The position numbers and the translations under genes were made by a program. This document shows, in pieces, positions 11,553-21,228 of a stretch of DNA of 64,000 nt (within the stretch, counting starts at the first letter, position 1; every line of letters starts with the position of its first letter). A model generated the notes under the pieces. That model made no database searches. It saw only the letters and a program-made list of their open reading frames with translations, and had not been told where the DNA came from. The DNA comes from Longimicrobiales bacterium (GTDB lineage: Bacteria > Gemmatimonadota > Gemmatimonadetes > Longimicrobiales > Gaopeijiaceae), in the NCBI GenBank assembly GCA_965238005.1, contig OZ250165.1, positions 2,848,001 through 2,912,000 of the forward strand. The letters are read 5' to 3'.

Positions 11553-11646
11553 ATCCCTCCCCCTCCGCTCGGCTCTGGAGTTCTGTTGATCTTCTTCAAC
11601 AGGCCTCTGGATCGGATCACACTCAATTCGGATCACACTCAATGCA

Positions 11647-11676
11647 GAAGGCCGGGCCGACATCGGCCCGGCCTTC
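11647..11676. terminator. GC-rich hairpin, probable terminator of 11707..12354
   Basis: GAAGGCCGGGCCGA-CA-TCGGCCCGGCCTTC perfect inverted repeat 30 bp past the stop codon; no strong U-tract. Confidence 0.6.
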
Positions 11677-11706
11677 CTGAAATAGCTTCCCACGATAATC
11701 GCGAGC

Positions 11707-12354
11707 CTACATCCCCCCTTGGAGTGCGAGGTTCTTGATCCGCATGTCCAGGTTGTGGTTCAAGCGGACGCCCCACACCCCGTCGGTGTAGATCTCAGCC
11801 GTCTTCTCACGATGGACCTCCTTGCCGTTCATCTTGAAGATGACGTCCTCGGCTCCGACCTCGACTGACATGTCGTTGGTGGCGTGGCTCGAATCGTCAC
11901 TCTGATGGATTGACGCGTTCGGCGTCCACGGAGCCAGCTCGAAGGTCTCGCTCCCGGTCCTGGTCTTGATGATGTAGTTGCCGTCACCGCGCACCAGGAA
12001 GTACGTGTACACCTGGTTCAGGCCCTGCAGATCGTCACCACCGATGATCAACCCGATGCCGTGAGCGTGGCCCTTGGAGCTGAGCTGCTCGAAGGTGCCC
12101 GACACCGTGTACGCCCCATGGGCCGTGTTCTCGGGCCGATAGAGAACGATGGCGGGACCGACGCTGACGTCGAGTACGCCGCCCTCATCCGTGAACCGGA
12201 CGTTGTCGAAGCTCTGACCTCTGTCGGTCCGACCCATCCAACCCTCGGCCAACTCACCGCCGCCCTCGACCTCCCGGTCGGCGTCCATCGGCTTCTGCGC
12301 TGCCAGAGGCACGGCAAGCAGGAGCGTCACCAGAGCGACAAGACTCGATCGCAT
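11707..12354 (-). CDS. Secreted beta-rich hypothetical protein (concanavalin/LamG-like guess)
   Basis: Signal peptide (LAAQ), GGAGG RBS, beta-strand pattern YTYFLVRGDGNYII. Confidence 0.75.
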   Translation of the reverse strand: MRSSLVALVTLLLAVPLAAQKPMDADREVEGGGELAEGWMGRTDRGQSFDNVRFTDEGGVLDVSVGPAIVLYRPENTAHGAYTVSGTFEQLSSKGHAHGIGLIIGGDDLQGLNQVYTYFLVRGDGNYIIKTRTGSETFELAPWTPNASIHQSDDSSHATNDMSVEVGAEDVIFKMNGKEVHREKTAEIYTDGVWGVRLNHNLDMRIKNLALQGGM

Positions 12355-12542
12355 CGTTTCTACCTCCGTCGATACATGACCCTCAGGTGAAGAACCGGCT
12401 TCTACTATTGGGATAGTTCATTTGATCCCGTGGCGCCGTCCAAAGTGCCGGAGCCGAGCGAGGGGCGCCAGTCCCGCGGAGTGGAGGGCCCTCAGCGGTT
12501 CCATTCGGCCTTGGGTACTTCCACCCGATCTCCGCCCTGAGC

Positions 12543-12989
12543 TCAGGCGGCGACCAGCGCGCCCTTGAGGGCCCGGAGCATGTCCTCCTTCGTTCCCTCC
12601 CCGTCTCCGCGATAGCTCGCCACCGCCGCACTCACGGTGGTTCCGGTCTTGCTGGTGTAGTCGGAGATGGCATCGCGGATACGGTCGGCGAAGATCAAGC
12701 CGCCCTGGACGTTGCACAGGGTCAGAAGACAGATGAACAGATCCTCCCCATAGCGAGCGGCCAGATCGCTCGATCTCGTGACCTCGCGGATGGCCAACCC
12801 CAGCTCGGTTATCTGCTGCTTCGGGTCGGGCTGTTCCTCGGCCCAAGACCCCTCGTCGATCCCGAAGAGAACCAAAGTCATATGCATACCACGGTGTGCG
12901 ATCGGAAAGAGGAAGTCGAAGAGGATCTCGAAGTGCCACTCGCTGGAGAGGCCCGTCGCTTGATCCCTCAGTCGGTCGGAGTCGCGCAC
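12543..12989 (-). CDS. Stand-alone degenerate GGDEF-domain protein, C-terminally shortened by TGA
   Basis: DQATGL, RSSDLAARYGEDLF, TVSAAVASY; homology continues past the TGA (AQGGDRVEV) to 12492. Confidence 0.75.
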   Translation of the reverse strand: MRDSDRLRDQATGLSSEWHFEILFDFLFPIAHRGMHMTLVLFGIDEGSWAEEQPDPKQQITELGLAIREVTRSSDLAARYGEDLFICLLTLCNVQGGLIFADRIRDAISDYTSKTGTTVSAAVASYRGDGEGTKEDMLRALKGALVAA

Positions 12990-12993
12990 TTCC

Positions 12994-13530
12994 CTACTCG
13001 CCTCCCGGGGGCCCGTCGGGGTGGGTGCTGCAGTCCGGCGGCATCCGCACCGTGTAGCTGACCAAGACGACCTTCCAGCCCTCCGGGGTCTTGGCGAGCT
13101 GGAAGGCGTCGGTGCCACAGTGGCTGAACTCCAGGCCACGGTAGAAGTCGTAGGGCGCCCACAGCGTCGCCACCGGTCCGTCGATCCGGACCTCGGGATC
13201 CCACATGCGCTCGTACATGGGGCTCGTCACATCCGCCAGGCGAGTCGCGAACTGCTCCCGGGTGGTCCGCTGTGTGGTATCGAATCCGACGGCCGTGAGC
13301 AAGCCCTCCGGGATCATCGAGTCCCGGAAAGCTTCAGGATCGAGAGCCTCCATGGCGTCGAACATGGCCTGGACGGCCTCGATCACCCCACGCTCCTCGT
13401 CGTCCTGGGCCTCGACGCCCGACGCCACGCCCAGAAGGGAGGCCGAAAGGGCGATGAGGACGAGGGACCGCCATAGCGCCCGCGGTAGGCCGGGCCGACC
13501 CACTGGGAGGAGGGTATCGCCTCGCATCAT
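12994..13530 (-). CDS. NTF2/SnoaL-like secreted protein
   Basis: ERMWDPEVRIDGPVATLWAPYDFY..SHCGTDAFQL..GWKVV. Confidence 0.8.
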   Translation of the reverse strand: MMRGDTLLPVGRPGLPRALWRSLVLIALSASLLGVASGVEAQDDEERGVIEAVQAMFDAMEALDPEAFRDSMIPEGLLTAVGFDTTQRTTREQFATRLADVTSPMYERMWDPEVRIDGPVATLWAPYDFYRGLEFSHCGTDAFQLAKTPEGWKVVLVSYTVRMPPDCSTHPDGPPGGE

Positions 13531-14954
13531 CAGTTGATTCCTACGCGCCCCTTCACCTCGTCGAGGAGCGTGCGTGAGTCGTAGCCCACCCCGTCCTTGA
13601 ATACGGTAACTGTGTTCCGGATGATGGACGGGTCACCCGTGAAGTCCCCCCGCAGGAGCACCATGTCGGCGATCTTGCCCACCTCGATGCTGCCGAGCTC
13701 GTCATCCACGCCCAGGATCTTAGCGCCATTCAGGCTGGCGATTCGGATGGCCTGGGAGAAGGTGAACTCGGCCTCGACCAGGAGCTCGACACCCCGCTGG
13801 TCCCCATATCCGGGTAACGCTCCACCCCGGCCCGTGGGGTCCACGCCGGCGGCTAGGAGCCCACCCATCTCGACGAACCGCACTTCGTACGCCATGGCGT
13901 TCCTCAGGAGGTCGACGGTGAGCCGCGGATTGGGGTCGTTGTCGATGCGCTCACGGTCGGCCAGATAGGCCGCACGGACGTCCGGCGACATGGCCTCCAG
14001 CGCCCTGGGGTCCTTGGTGGGACGGTTCGGGTACGAGAGCTCGTAGACCGGAAGCGTCGATGTCATGGCCACACCGGCGTCGATCATCTTCGTGAACGTG
14101 GCCTCCACCTCGGGGCCCCTCACGTCGACGTTGAGGGCCACCATGCTGTTGTTCGGCGGGCACCGGTCGGGCTCCTTGTCCGGGTTGAAGTCCGAGTTGG
14201 TGGAGAGCCCGTGCTCGATATTGTCGATTCCCAGCTCAACGGCCTCGCTGTGGCTGATCGAGCAGATATGGCCGGTCACCTTCATTCCCCGCTTGTGGGC
14301 CTCGTCGATGACAGCCGCCATCTCGGCCCGGCGGATGTTCGTGTAGGCTTTCAGCCACGTGGCACCCTCCTCACCCCAGTAGGCCACGAAGCGGCGTGCC
14401 TGCTCGGGCGAGTTGAGGAGGGTCATCTGAGTGTTGCCCTCACCTCCCGTGATGTAGGGCGCCGTGATGTGAATCCGGGGGCCCGGAATGCGCCCGTTGT
14501 CGATCTCCGCCTTTAGATTGATCTCGGCGTAGGGCGCCCGGCTTCCCGTGGTCCGGACCGTGGTCACGCCGCCTCCCAGGTAGAGGCGGGGCCCCGTGAA
14601 CGTCATCTGCGCACTTCGTCCACCGGCCGCCATATAGAACATGTGATCGTGGAGGCCGAAGAGGCCGGGGATGAGCGTGTGGCCCGAGTAGGTGAGGACG
14701 TCCGCGTCCTGGGGGATGTCCACGTTCGTCCCGATCTGGGTGATGCGTCCCTCTTCGACGACCACCGAGACTCCACGCTGTGGCGGTCCCCCCGTCCCGT
14801 CCACGAGCGTGAGGTTCCGGAGAACGAATGCGGGGGCGGATACGGTCACGTAGCGGTCCCGCACCTGGCTCGATAGCTCGGTGGCGAGCTGTGCAGCCAC
14901 CGACATCGGGAGAGCCACGGCGAGGCCTGCGAAGAGGAAAAGCATGCGTCTCAT
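13530..14954 (-). CDS. Secreted metal-dependent amidohydrolase, paralog 1
   Basis: PGLFGLHDH, GVTTVRT, KVTGH, IEHG, LGSIEVGKIAD; signal peptide after GAAGGAG RBS. Confidence 0.92.
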   Translation of the reverse strand: MRRMLFLFAGLAVALPMSVAAQLATELSSQVRDRYVTVSAPAFVLRNLTLVDGTGGPPQRGVSVVVEEGRITQIGTNVDIPQDADVLTYSGHTLIPGLFGLHDHMFYMAAGGRSAQMTFTGPRLYLGGGVTTVRTTGSRAPYAEINLKAEIDNGRIPGPRIHITAPYITGGEGNTQMTLLNSPEQARRFVAYWGEEGATWLKAYTNIRRAEMAAVIDEAHKRGMKVTGHICSISHSEAVELGIDNIEHGLSTNSDFNPDKEPDRCPPNNSMVALNVDVRGPEVEATFTKMIDAGVAMTSTLPVYELSYPNRPTKDPRALEAMSPDVRAAYLADRERIDNDPNPRLTVDLLRNAMAYEVRFVEMGGLLAAGVDPTGRGGALPGYGDQRGVELLVEAEFTFSQAIRIASLNGAKILGVDDELGSIEVGKIADMVLLRGDFTGDPSIIRNTVTVFKDGVGYDSRTLLDEVKGRVGIN

Positions 14955-14958
14955 CGTA

Positions 14959-15055
14959 CTACTCCTTCGAAGCGCCCCCACGCCGGGGGTGTCCAATGAA
15001 TCGTGGAGGCCCTCATCATACCGGCCTCGGCGTGCTCCACAACATGACGGCGCAT
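14959..15055 (-). promoter_or_regulatory. Duplicated promoter/5' leader, copy 1
   Basis: 94/97 identical to 16506-16602; TTGTGG-16-TATGAT, CCCCC..GGGGG hairpin, RBS. Confidence 0.75.
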
Positions 15056-15067
15056 CGGATCCGCGCG

Positions 15068-16501
15068 TCAGTTGATTCCGACCCGGCCCTTCACTTCCTC
15101 GAGGAGGGTGCGCGAGTCGTACCCGACGCCGTCCTTGAAGACCAGGACCGTGTTCCTGATGACGGACGGATCGCCGGACAGGTCTCCGCGAAGGAGCACC
15201 ATGTCGGCGATCTTCCCCACCTCGATGCTCCCCAGGTCCTCGTCCACGCCTAGGATCTTCGCACCATTCAGGCTCGCGATCTGGATGGCCTGGGCGAAGC
15301 TGAACTCGGCTTCCGTCAGGAGCTCGATGCCGCGCTGGTCGCCATAGCCCGGCAGGGCTCCTCCGTTGCCCGTCGGATCCACTCCGGCCGCCAACAAGCC
15401 GCCCATCTCCACGAATCGGACCTCGTACGCCATGGCGTTCTTGAACATCTCGAGCGTGAGGAACGGGTTGGGAGCGCCGTCGATTCTGTCGCGTTCGGCC
15501 AGGTAAGCTTCACGCACCCCGTGCGACATGGCCTCCAGCGAACGCGCATCTTTGATGGGTCGGTTCGGGACGAAGAGCTCCCAGTAGGGAAGCGTCGACG
15601 TCATGGCTACACTCTGGTCGATCATCTTCCGGAACGTGGCCTCCACCTCGGGGCCCCGCACGTCGACCCGGCCCGCCACCGCCTCGTTGCCCATGGGGCA
15701 CCGGTCTTTCACCTTGGCCGGATTGTAGTCGGTGTTGGTGAGGAGGCCGTGCTCGACGTTGTCGATGCCGAGGTCGGCGGCCTCGGTGAAGGAGAGGGAG
15801 CAGAGGTGTCCCGTGACCTTCATGCCGGCCCGGTGCGCTTCGTCGACGGCGGCAATGAACTCGGAACGCCCGATGTTCGTGTACGCCTTGATCCAGGTGG
15901 CGCCTTCTTCGCCCCAGTAGGCAACGAACCGGCGGGCCTGCTCGGGAGAGTGCAGGAGGGTCATGTCCGGGAACTCGGGGTCGGTCCGCCCGCTCGTGAT
16001 GTACGGCGCCGTGATGTGCATACGGGGACCCGGCATCCGTCCCTCGTCGATCTCCGCCTTGATGTTGATCTCGGCGTATGGGGCGACGCTCCCGGTGGTC
16101 CGGATCGTCGTCACGCCCCCACCCAGGTAGAGTCGCGGGCCAGAGAAGGCGAGGGGAGCCACGCGGCCGCCCGCTGCCGTGTAGAACATGTGATCGTGGA
16201 GGCCGACCAGGCCGGGGATGAGCGTGTGACCCGAGTACGTGAGGATGTCCGCATCCTGGGGAATATCGACGTTCGTGCCCACCTGGGTTATGCGGCCATC
16301 TTCGACTACCACCGACACGCCCCGCTGCGGCTCCGCCCCCGTTCCGTCTACCAGGGTGACGTTCCGGAGGACAAAGGCGGGCGCCGAAACGACCACGTAA
16401 CGGTTTCGGACCTGACTCGTGAGCTCCGTGGCCAGCTGGCCCGCGGCGAATGCGGGGGACGCCATCGCGACGCCCGCGAGGAGGAGGATGGTGCGGCTCA
16501 T
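15068..16501 (-). CDS. Secreted metal-dependent amidohydrolase, paralog 2
   Basis: Same motifs as paralog 1; near-identical C-terminus. Confidence 0.92.
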   Translation of the reverse strand: MSRTILLLAGVAMASPAFAAGQLATELTSQVRNRYVVVSAPAFVLRNVTLVDGTGAEPQRGVSVVVEDGRITQVGTNVDIPQDADILTYSGHTLIPGLVGLHDHMFYTAAGGRVAPLAFSGPRLYLGGGVTTIRTTGSVAPYAEINIKAEIDEGRMPGPRMHITAPYITSGRTDPEFPDMTLLHSPEQARRFVAYWGEEGATWIKAYTNIGRSEFIAAVDEAHRAGMKVTGHLCSLSFTEAADLGIDNVEHGLLTNTDYNPAKVKDRCPMGNEAVAGRVDVRGPEVEATFRKMIDQSVAMTSTLPYWELFVPNRPIKDARSLEAMSHGVREAYLAERDRIDGAPNPFLTLEMFKNAMAYEVRFVEMGGLLAAGVDPTGNGGALPGYGDQRGIELLTEAEFSFAQAIQIASLNGAKILGVDEDLGSIEVGKIADMVLLRGDLSGDPSVIRNTVLVFKDGVGYDSRTLLEEVKGRVGIN

Positions 16502-16505
16502 GGTG

Positions 16506-16602
16506 CTACTCCTTCGAAGCGCCCCCACGCCGGGGGTGTCCAATGAATCGTGAAGGCCCTCATCATACCGGCTTCGGCGTGCTCCGCAACATGACGGCGC
16601 AT
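16506..16602 (-). promoter_or_regulatory. Duplicated promoter/5' leader, copy 2
   Basis: TTGCGG-16-TATGAT; see copy 1. Confidence 0.75.
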
Positions 16603-16673
16603 TCGCTCAGACCCGTCACCCAACCGCCCCACGGCCCCCCTCAAGGCACCGACGAGGACCGCTTATCCGCACC

Positions 16674-17633
16674 CTACCCGCCCACCTCGCCCTCACGGCT
16701 CACCGGAGTGATCTGGTGGAGGCGGCGCGGCTCGAGCTGGAAGGTCACATGCTCGATGCCGCGCTCCCCCATCCGCTCCCGGATCTCGTCCAGCACTCCC
16801 TGGTGGTGAGCGGGGTCCTGGAGGACGGCGTGCCCGCTCAGCGCCACGAACCCGCTCGTGAGGGTCCAGACGTGCAGGTCATGCACGTCGTCCAGGTGCG
16901 GGATGGCGTTCAGCTCCTTGAGGACCGCCGTCATGTCCACGTGCCGGGGCGCCATCTCCAGGAGGACCTCGGTGGCCTCCCTCACGAGCCGCCAGGCCCC
17001 AAAGAGGATCAGCCCTGCGATGACCACCGACACCAGCGGATCGGCGGGACTCCACCCCGTGAGGAGGATGATGGCACCGGCACCGATGGCTCCCACGGAC
17101 CCGAGAAGGTCACCGAGGACGTGCAGGTACGCTCCGCGAACGTTGAGATTGTCGCCGGCGTGCTCTTTCAGGAGGCTGGCGCCCACCAGGTTCACCACGA
17201 GGCCGAGGACGGCTACGGCCATCATCAGGGGCCCGTCCACCTCTTGAGGCGCCCGCAGTCGCTCCCAAGCCTCCCAGGCGATCCACACGCTGACCCCCAG
17301 GAGGACCGCTCCGTTGACCAGGGCCGCCAGGATCTCCAGGCGGACGTAGCCGAACGTGCGCTCCGGACTCGGCGGACGCATCGCCAGGCGCATGGCCATG
17401 AGCGACAAGGCCAGCGCCAGCACGTCGGTGAGCATGTGGCCGGCGTCGGCCAGGAGGGCCAGGGAGTTCGCCAGCACGCCGCCGACCACCTCTGCCACCA
17501 TGAACGCGCCGGTGATGAGGAGCACGATCCACAGGCGGCTCGCTTGAGAGCGCCGATCCAGGCCGCCGTTCCCGACGTCGTGCCTGTGGGCGCCGAAGGC
17601 GTGACGGTACGAGGATCCGTGAACGTGACGCAT
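16674..17633 (-). CDS. czcD: Cation diffusion facilitator (Zn/Co/Cd exporter, CzcD/ZitB-like)
   Basis: His-rich N-terminus, SLALLADAGHMLTD, TFGYVRLEILAAL, AYLHVLGD, HDLHVW. Confidence 0.93.
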   Translation of the reverse strand: MRHVHGSSYRHAFGAHRHDVGNGGLDRRSQASRLWIVLLITGAFMVAEVVGGVLANSLALLADAGHMLTDVLALALSLMAMRLAMRPPSPERTFGYVRLEILAALVNGAVLLGVSVWIAWEAWERLRAPQEVDGPLMMAVAVLGLVVNLVGASLLKEHAGDNLNVRGAYLHVLGDLLGSVGAIGAGAIILLTGWSPADPLVSVVIAGLILFGAWRLVREATEVLLEMAPRHVDMTAVLKELNAIPHLDDVHDLHVWTLTSGFVALSGHAVLQDPAHHQGVLDEIRERMGERGIEHVTFQLEPRRLHQITPVSREGEVGG

Positions 17634-17818
17634 CGTCTAGTGTTCCGTTTCCGAAGTTCGCGAGCCACCAAGAGGGTCGGCGCGCCGTGGGATCAAGGCG
17701 GGATGACGCGGCGTAGCGCAAGCGGGCACCGCGCGTAGCGTGGTCGCAAGGAGTCCCAACGCCGAGCCCACGGATGCACCGTGCCCTCGACTGGCCGAGA
17801 CACTTTGGTAACGGGACA

Positions 17819-18172
17819 CTAGCTCGCCACCGCCGCTACGGGTGACTGCTCTGGAAGAGCGGAGGGCGGGCCCATGCCCAGGAGCGCCCGCTTCAGGAGA
17901 ATGGGGCCGCCCAGGATGTTGCCGATTATGAACCCTGCGGCCACACCGGTGAGCAGGAGCTCCACCTGAAGCCGCGCGGCCACCACCACGACCAGATAGG
18001 CGAAGAGGAACGTTGCCACGGGCGGCCGGTGGCGGTCCTTGTCGTCGCCCAGGGAAATGGAGAACACCCAGCCAAGGACGGCCCCGACCAAGAGCGCCCC
18101 GGTGGCGGCGAAGGCCACGAACGTGATCCCGAAGAGCAGGAGCAGCGTCAGGGAGAGACCGATGATTCTCAC
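17819..18172 (-). CDS. Small membrane protein, possibly a cation:proton antiporter remnant
   Basis: Three to four hydrophobic segments; LLLTGVAAGFIIGN resembles a CPA helix. Confidence 0.45.
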   Translation of the reverse strand: MRIIGLSLTLLLLFGITFVAFAATGALLVGAVLGWVFSISLGDDKDRHRPPVATFLFAYLVVVVAARLQVELLLTGVAAGFIIGNILGGPILLKRALLGMGPPSALPEQSPVAAVAS

Positions 18173-18309
18173 GAAGAACGGTTATTGGCGAACGGTCGAC
18201 GAATGGACGTGCGCGGGGGGCTTGCGCGTGAACTCGGCTCGCCCTCTCGTGTCGGTCAACTTACATCGGAGCCCACGAGAGTGCAGCCATCACCACCGAG
18301 TCACGACGC

Positions 18310-18660
18310 ATGACGCCCTTCACTCGACGCGTCTACGCGGTCGTGGCGGCCATCCCACCAGGCCGCATTCTCTCGTATGGCGACGTCGCGGCCATGGCCG
18401 GTCGACCTCGGGCTCCCAGGGCCGTGGGCGGAGCGCTGTCGGCTCTCCCCGACGACCAGGACGTCCCGTGGTGGCGGGTCGTGAGCAGCACCGGGAGGAT
18501 CTCGACGTCTTCTATCCACCATATCGCCCAGGTCCAACGCGCTCTCCTGAAAGATGAGGGGGTGGTCTTCAGCGCCGGTGGACGGATCGACTGGGACCGG
18601 TTCGGGTGGTCCGCGGAGGATGACGTGGTCGACAAGATTCTGGAGGAGGTCGACTCTTGA
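18310..18660 (+). CDS. ybaZ: Alkyltransferase-like protein (ATL, MGMT family)
   Basis: IPPGRILSYGDVA, RAVG, PWWRVV (Trp replaces the catalytic Cys of PCHRV), QRALLKDEGV. Confidence 0.9.
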   Translation: MTPFTRRVYAVVAAIPPGRILSYGDVAAMAGRPRAPRAVGGALSALPDDQDVPWWRVVSSTGRISTSSIHHIAQVQRALLKDEGVVFSAGGRIDWDRFGWSAEDDVVDKILEEVDS

Positions 18661-19961
18661 ACCAGCTCGCCACCGCCCTCGGCCTGATCCTGGGCCTCCT
18701 CGTCGGACTCGTTGCCGCCGCCACCGACATCGGAGTCCTGGACCGGTTCGCGGAGGGCGTCGCCCCTCTGGGCACCCTGTTCATCAACGCGATTCGGATG
18801 GTGGTGATCCCCCTGGTGGTCACCACGATCTTCGTGGGCGTGGCCCGGCTCGGGAATCCGAAGACGGTGGGCAAGCTGGGTGGCTCGGCTCTGGGCTTCT
18901 TCTGGGGCACCACGGTCCCCGCCATCGTCATCGGCGTGGTCTTCATGAAGATCACGCTGGGGATCTGGCCGGCTACGGTCCAGGTCGCCGCAACAGGAGA
19001 GGCGCCCCCCGAGATTCCCGGCCTCCTCGACTTCTTCCTGCGACTGATTCCAGCCAACCCGTTCGCTGCCGCGTCCGACGGCGCCCTGCTCCCGCTCATC
19101 GTCTTCACCCTCCTCGTGGCCGCGGCCGCAGGGGCCCTCGCCGAGGACCCGCGCCGGCGCTTGATCACCCTGGCCGAGGACATCAGCGCGATGTTCGTGA
19201 AACTCATCGACTGGATCTTGTGGACGGCCCCCGTCGGTGTGTTCGGGCTCACGGCGCCGGTCATGGCTCGCATGGGCCTGGGACTCCTGGCGAGCCTGGC
19301 CGTATTCGTGGCCACAGTCGTCGTGGGCCTCTTCGTTTTCATCGCCCTCTTCTACCTGCCGCTGGTGCGCTTCCTGGGTAGGAGGGGAGTGGGCGAGTTC
19401 ATCCGGGGCGTCGTCGGGACGTATACCATCGGCTTCTCGACCACGAGCTCGGTCGCGTCCCTCCCGGTCATGTTCGAGGACGCCGACAACCTCGACGTCT
19501 CGCCTCCCGTCGCGTCGCTGGTGCTCTCCCTGGGCGCGGCCATCAACCGCGCCGGCAGCGCGCTGTTCCAGGCAGCCGCCGTGGTCTTCTTGGCCGCCCT
19601 CTCCGGTGTTTCGCTTTCCGCCACCGCCATCGTCAGCGCCGGGATCGTGGGCTTCCTGGTGGCCATGTCCGTGGCCCCCGTCCCCTCGGCGAGCATCGTG
19701 ACCCTGGCGCCCATCCTCGAGGCGGCGGGCGTGCCCCTGACCGGAATCGGGATCCTCCTGGGGATCGACCGCATCCCGGACATGTTCAGGAGCGCCACGA
19801 ACACCACGGGTCACGTGGCGTGCGCCGTGGTGGTGGAGGAGCTCGTGGGCGGCGAGGTGACGGCTGCGGATCAGGCCGCGGCGGATCGCATCACGGGGGG
19901 TGGTACTCTGGTGTCGACGGGGGAGCCGGGGGAGCCGGGGGAGCCGGGGGAGCCGGCCTAG
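18657..19961 (+). CDS. Dicarboxylate/amino acid:cation symporter (DAACS)
   Basis: LIPANPF, APVGVFGL, FSTTSSVASLP, IDRIPDMFRSATNTTG. Confidence 0.93.
   Translation: MNQLATALGLILGLLVGLVAAATDIGVLDRFAEGVAPLGTLFINAIRMVVIPLVVTTIFVGVARLGNPKTVGKLGGSALGFFWGTTVPAIVIGVVFMKITLGIWPATVQVAATGEAPPEIPGLLDFFLRLIPANPFAAASDGALLPLIVFTLLVAAAAGALAEDPRRRLITLAEDISAMFVKLIDWILWTAPVGVFGLTAPVMARMGLGLLASLAVFVATVVVGLFVFIALFYLPLVRFLGRRGVGEFIRGVVGTYTIGFSTTSSVASLPVMFEDADNLDVSPPVASLVLSLGAAINRAGSALFQAAAVVFLAALSGVSLSATAIVSAGIVGFLVAMSVAPVPSASIVTLAPILEAAGVPLTGIGILLGIDRIPDMFRSATNTTGHVACAVVVEELVGGEVTAADQAAADRITGGGTLVSTGEPGEPGEPGEPA
19920..19955 (+). repeat. 9-bp tandem repeat x4 (GGGGAGCCG) encoding (GEP)4
   Basis: Read directly from the sequence. 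Confidence 0.9.
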
Positions 19962-20230
19962 GAGCCTGTCCTAGTGAAGGGGGTGCGGCCTCCTAGACCA
20001 TCAGTCCGGATTTCAGCAACGCCGTCGGCGTCCGTGCCGGAATGGGAGACCGCTGGTAATCACGGGTGTTCCGGGTGGCAATCAGAGAGGCTTGCCTTGC
20101 GGAAAAGCCTGTGTGCACCCGTCACTCCCTTCACATCAGCAGCAAGGGTTCTCGACCCCGACCCCTGCCACCGGCTATTGTGGCAAGACGTCAATCGTAT
20201 GTTCCATGTCCGTGGCGCGTGAGACTCTCT

Positions 20231-21109
20231 ATGCAAGTGGATCGAACCATCCTGTTCGCTGACATATGTGGCAGCACTCGGCTGATTGAGGCCCTTGGAG
20301 ACGATCGAGGTTGGCAGGTCATAGGGGGTGTCCTGGAGGAGCTCGAGCAAGTAACGGCGGACCTTCGGGGAACGGTGATCAAGACCATCGGGGACGAGAT
20401 ACTGGCGGCCTTCGAGTCACCCTTCGACGCTATCGCTGCCGCCGTCGATATGCAGCGGGCAGTGCAGGAGCGTACGGCGCCCCACGGTCATCCGATCGAG
20501 ATCCAGATCGGAATACACGCGGGTCCGGTGCTGTTCGAAGCCGGGGACGTTTTCGGGGACGTGGTCAACGTCGCCGCACGCGTGACAACGATCTCCGCGG
20601 CCGGGCAGGTGCTCACGACGTTGCACACGCTGGAGCAGACACACGGTACGGACATCCCCTGTCGGAGCCTTGGTGAGCACGGCGTGAGGGGGCGAGAAGA
20701 GCGGCTGCACCTCTACGAGGTTCTTTGGCGGGAGGAAACCGCGCAACTGACCACGGTTGCCCCCAAGATAGACAAGGACTGGGTGGATCGGGTCGAGCTA
20801 CGCGTCGGAGACCAGGTCCAGTTGATGTCGAGCGGGTCGGTCGAGTCCCTGTCTCTGGGTCGCGGGACCCGGAACGCCCTCGTCGTTCCGGACACGGGGG
20901 CGTCTCGTGCCCACGCCATGATCACGGCACGTAGTGGCCGGTTCTACCTGGCCGACCAGAGCACGAACGGCACATACGTGCTGCCCGACGGTGGGACCGA
21001 GATCTTCATTCACCGCGACGAGGTCCTCCTCCAGGGCACCGGTACTATTCGCCTGGGTGGTGCCTTCTCGGAGACCGGGCCTGTCGACATCGAATACAAG
21101 ATTATCTAG
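20231..21109 (+). CDS. Class III adenylate cyclase with C-terminal FHA domain
   Basis: ILFADICGST, KTIGDE, IGIHAG, DVFGDVVNVAARV; FHA motifs LGR, SRAHA, DQSTNGTYV. Confidence 0.92.
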   Translation: MQVDRTILFADICGSTRLIEALGDDRGWQVIGGVLEELEQVTADLRGTVIKTIGDEILAAFESPFDAIAAAVDMQRAVQERTAPHGHPIEIQIGIHAGPVLFEAGDVFGDVVNVAARVTTISAAGQVLTTLHTLEQTHGTDIPCRSLGEHGVRGREERLHLYEVLWREETAQLTTVAPKIDKDWVDRVELRVGDQVQLMSSGSVESLSLGRGTRNALVVPDTGASRAHAMITARSGRFYLADQSTNGTYVLPDGGTEIFIHRDEVLLQGTGTIRLGGAFSETGPVDIEYKII

Positions 21110-21228
21110 TGGTGAATCCGGCCACGCCCAATGAAGGCGTCGCCACCAGTATGGCTACCGGTTTCTCTACCGAGGATCATTGGCCGATCCTGCGGCGCCC
21201 CATGCCCCGGTCGCCATGCGAAACCGAT

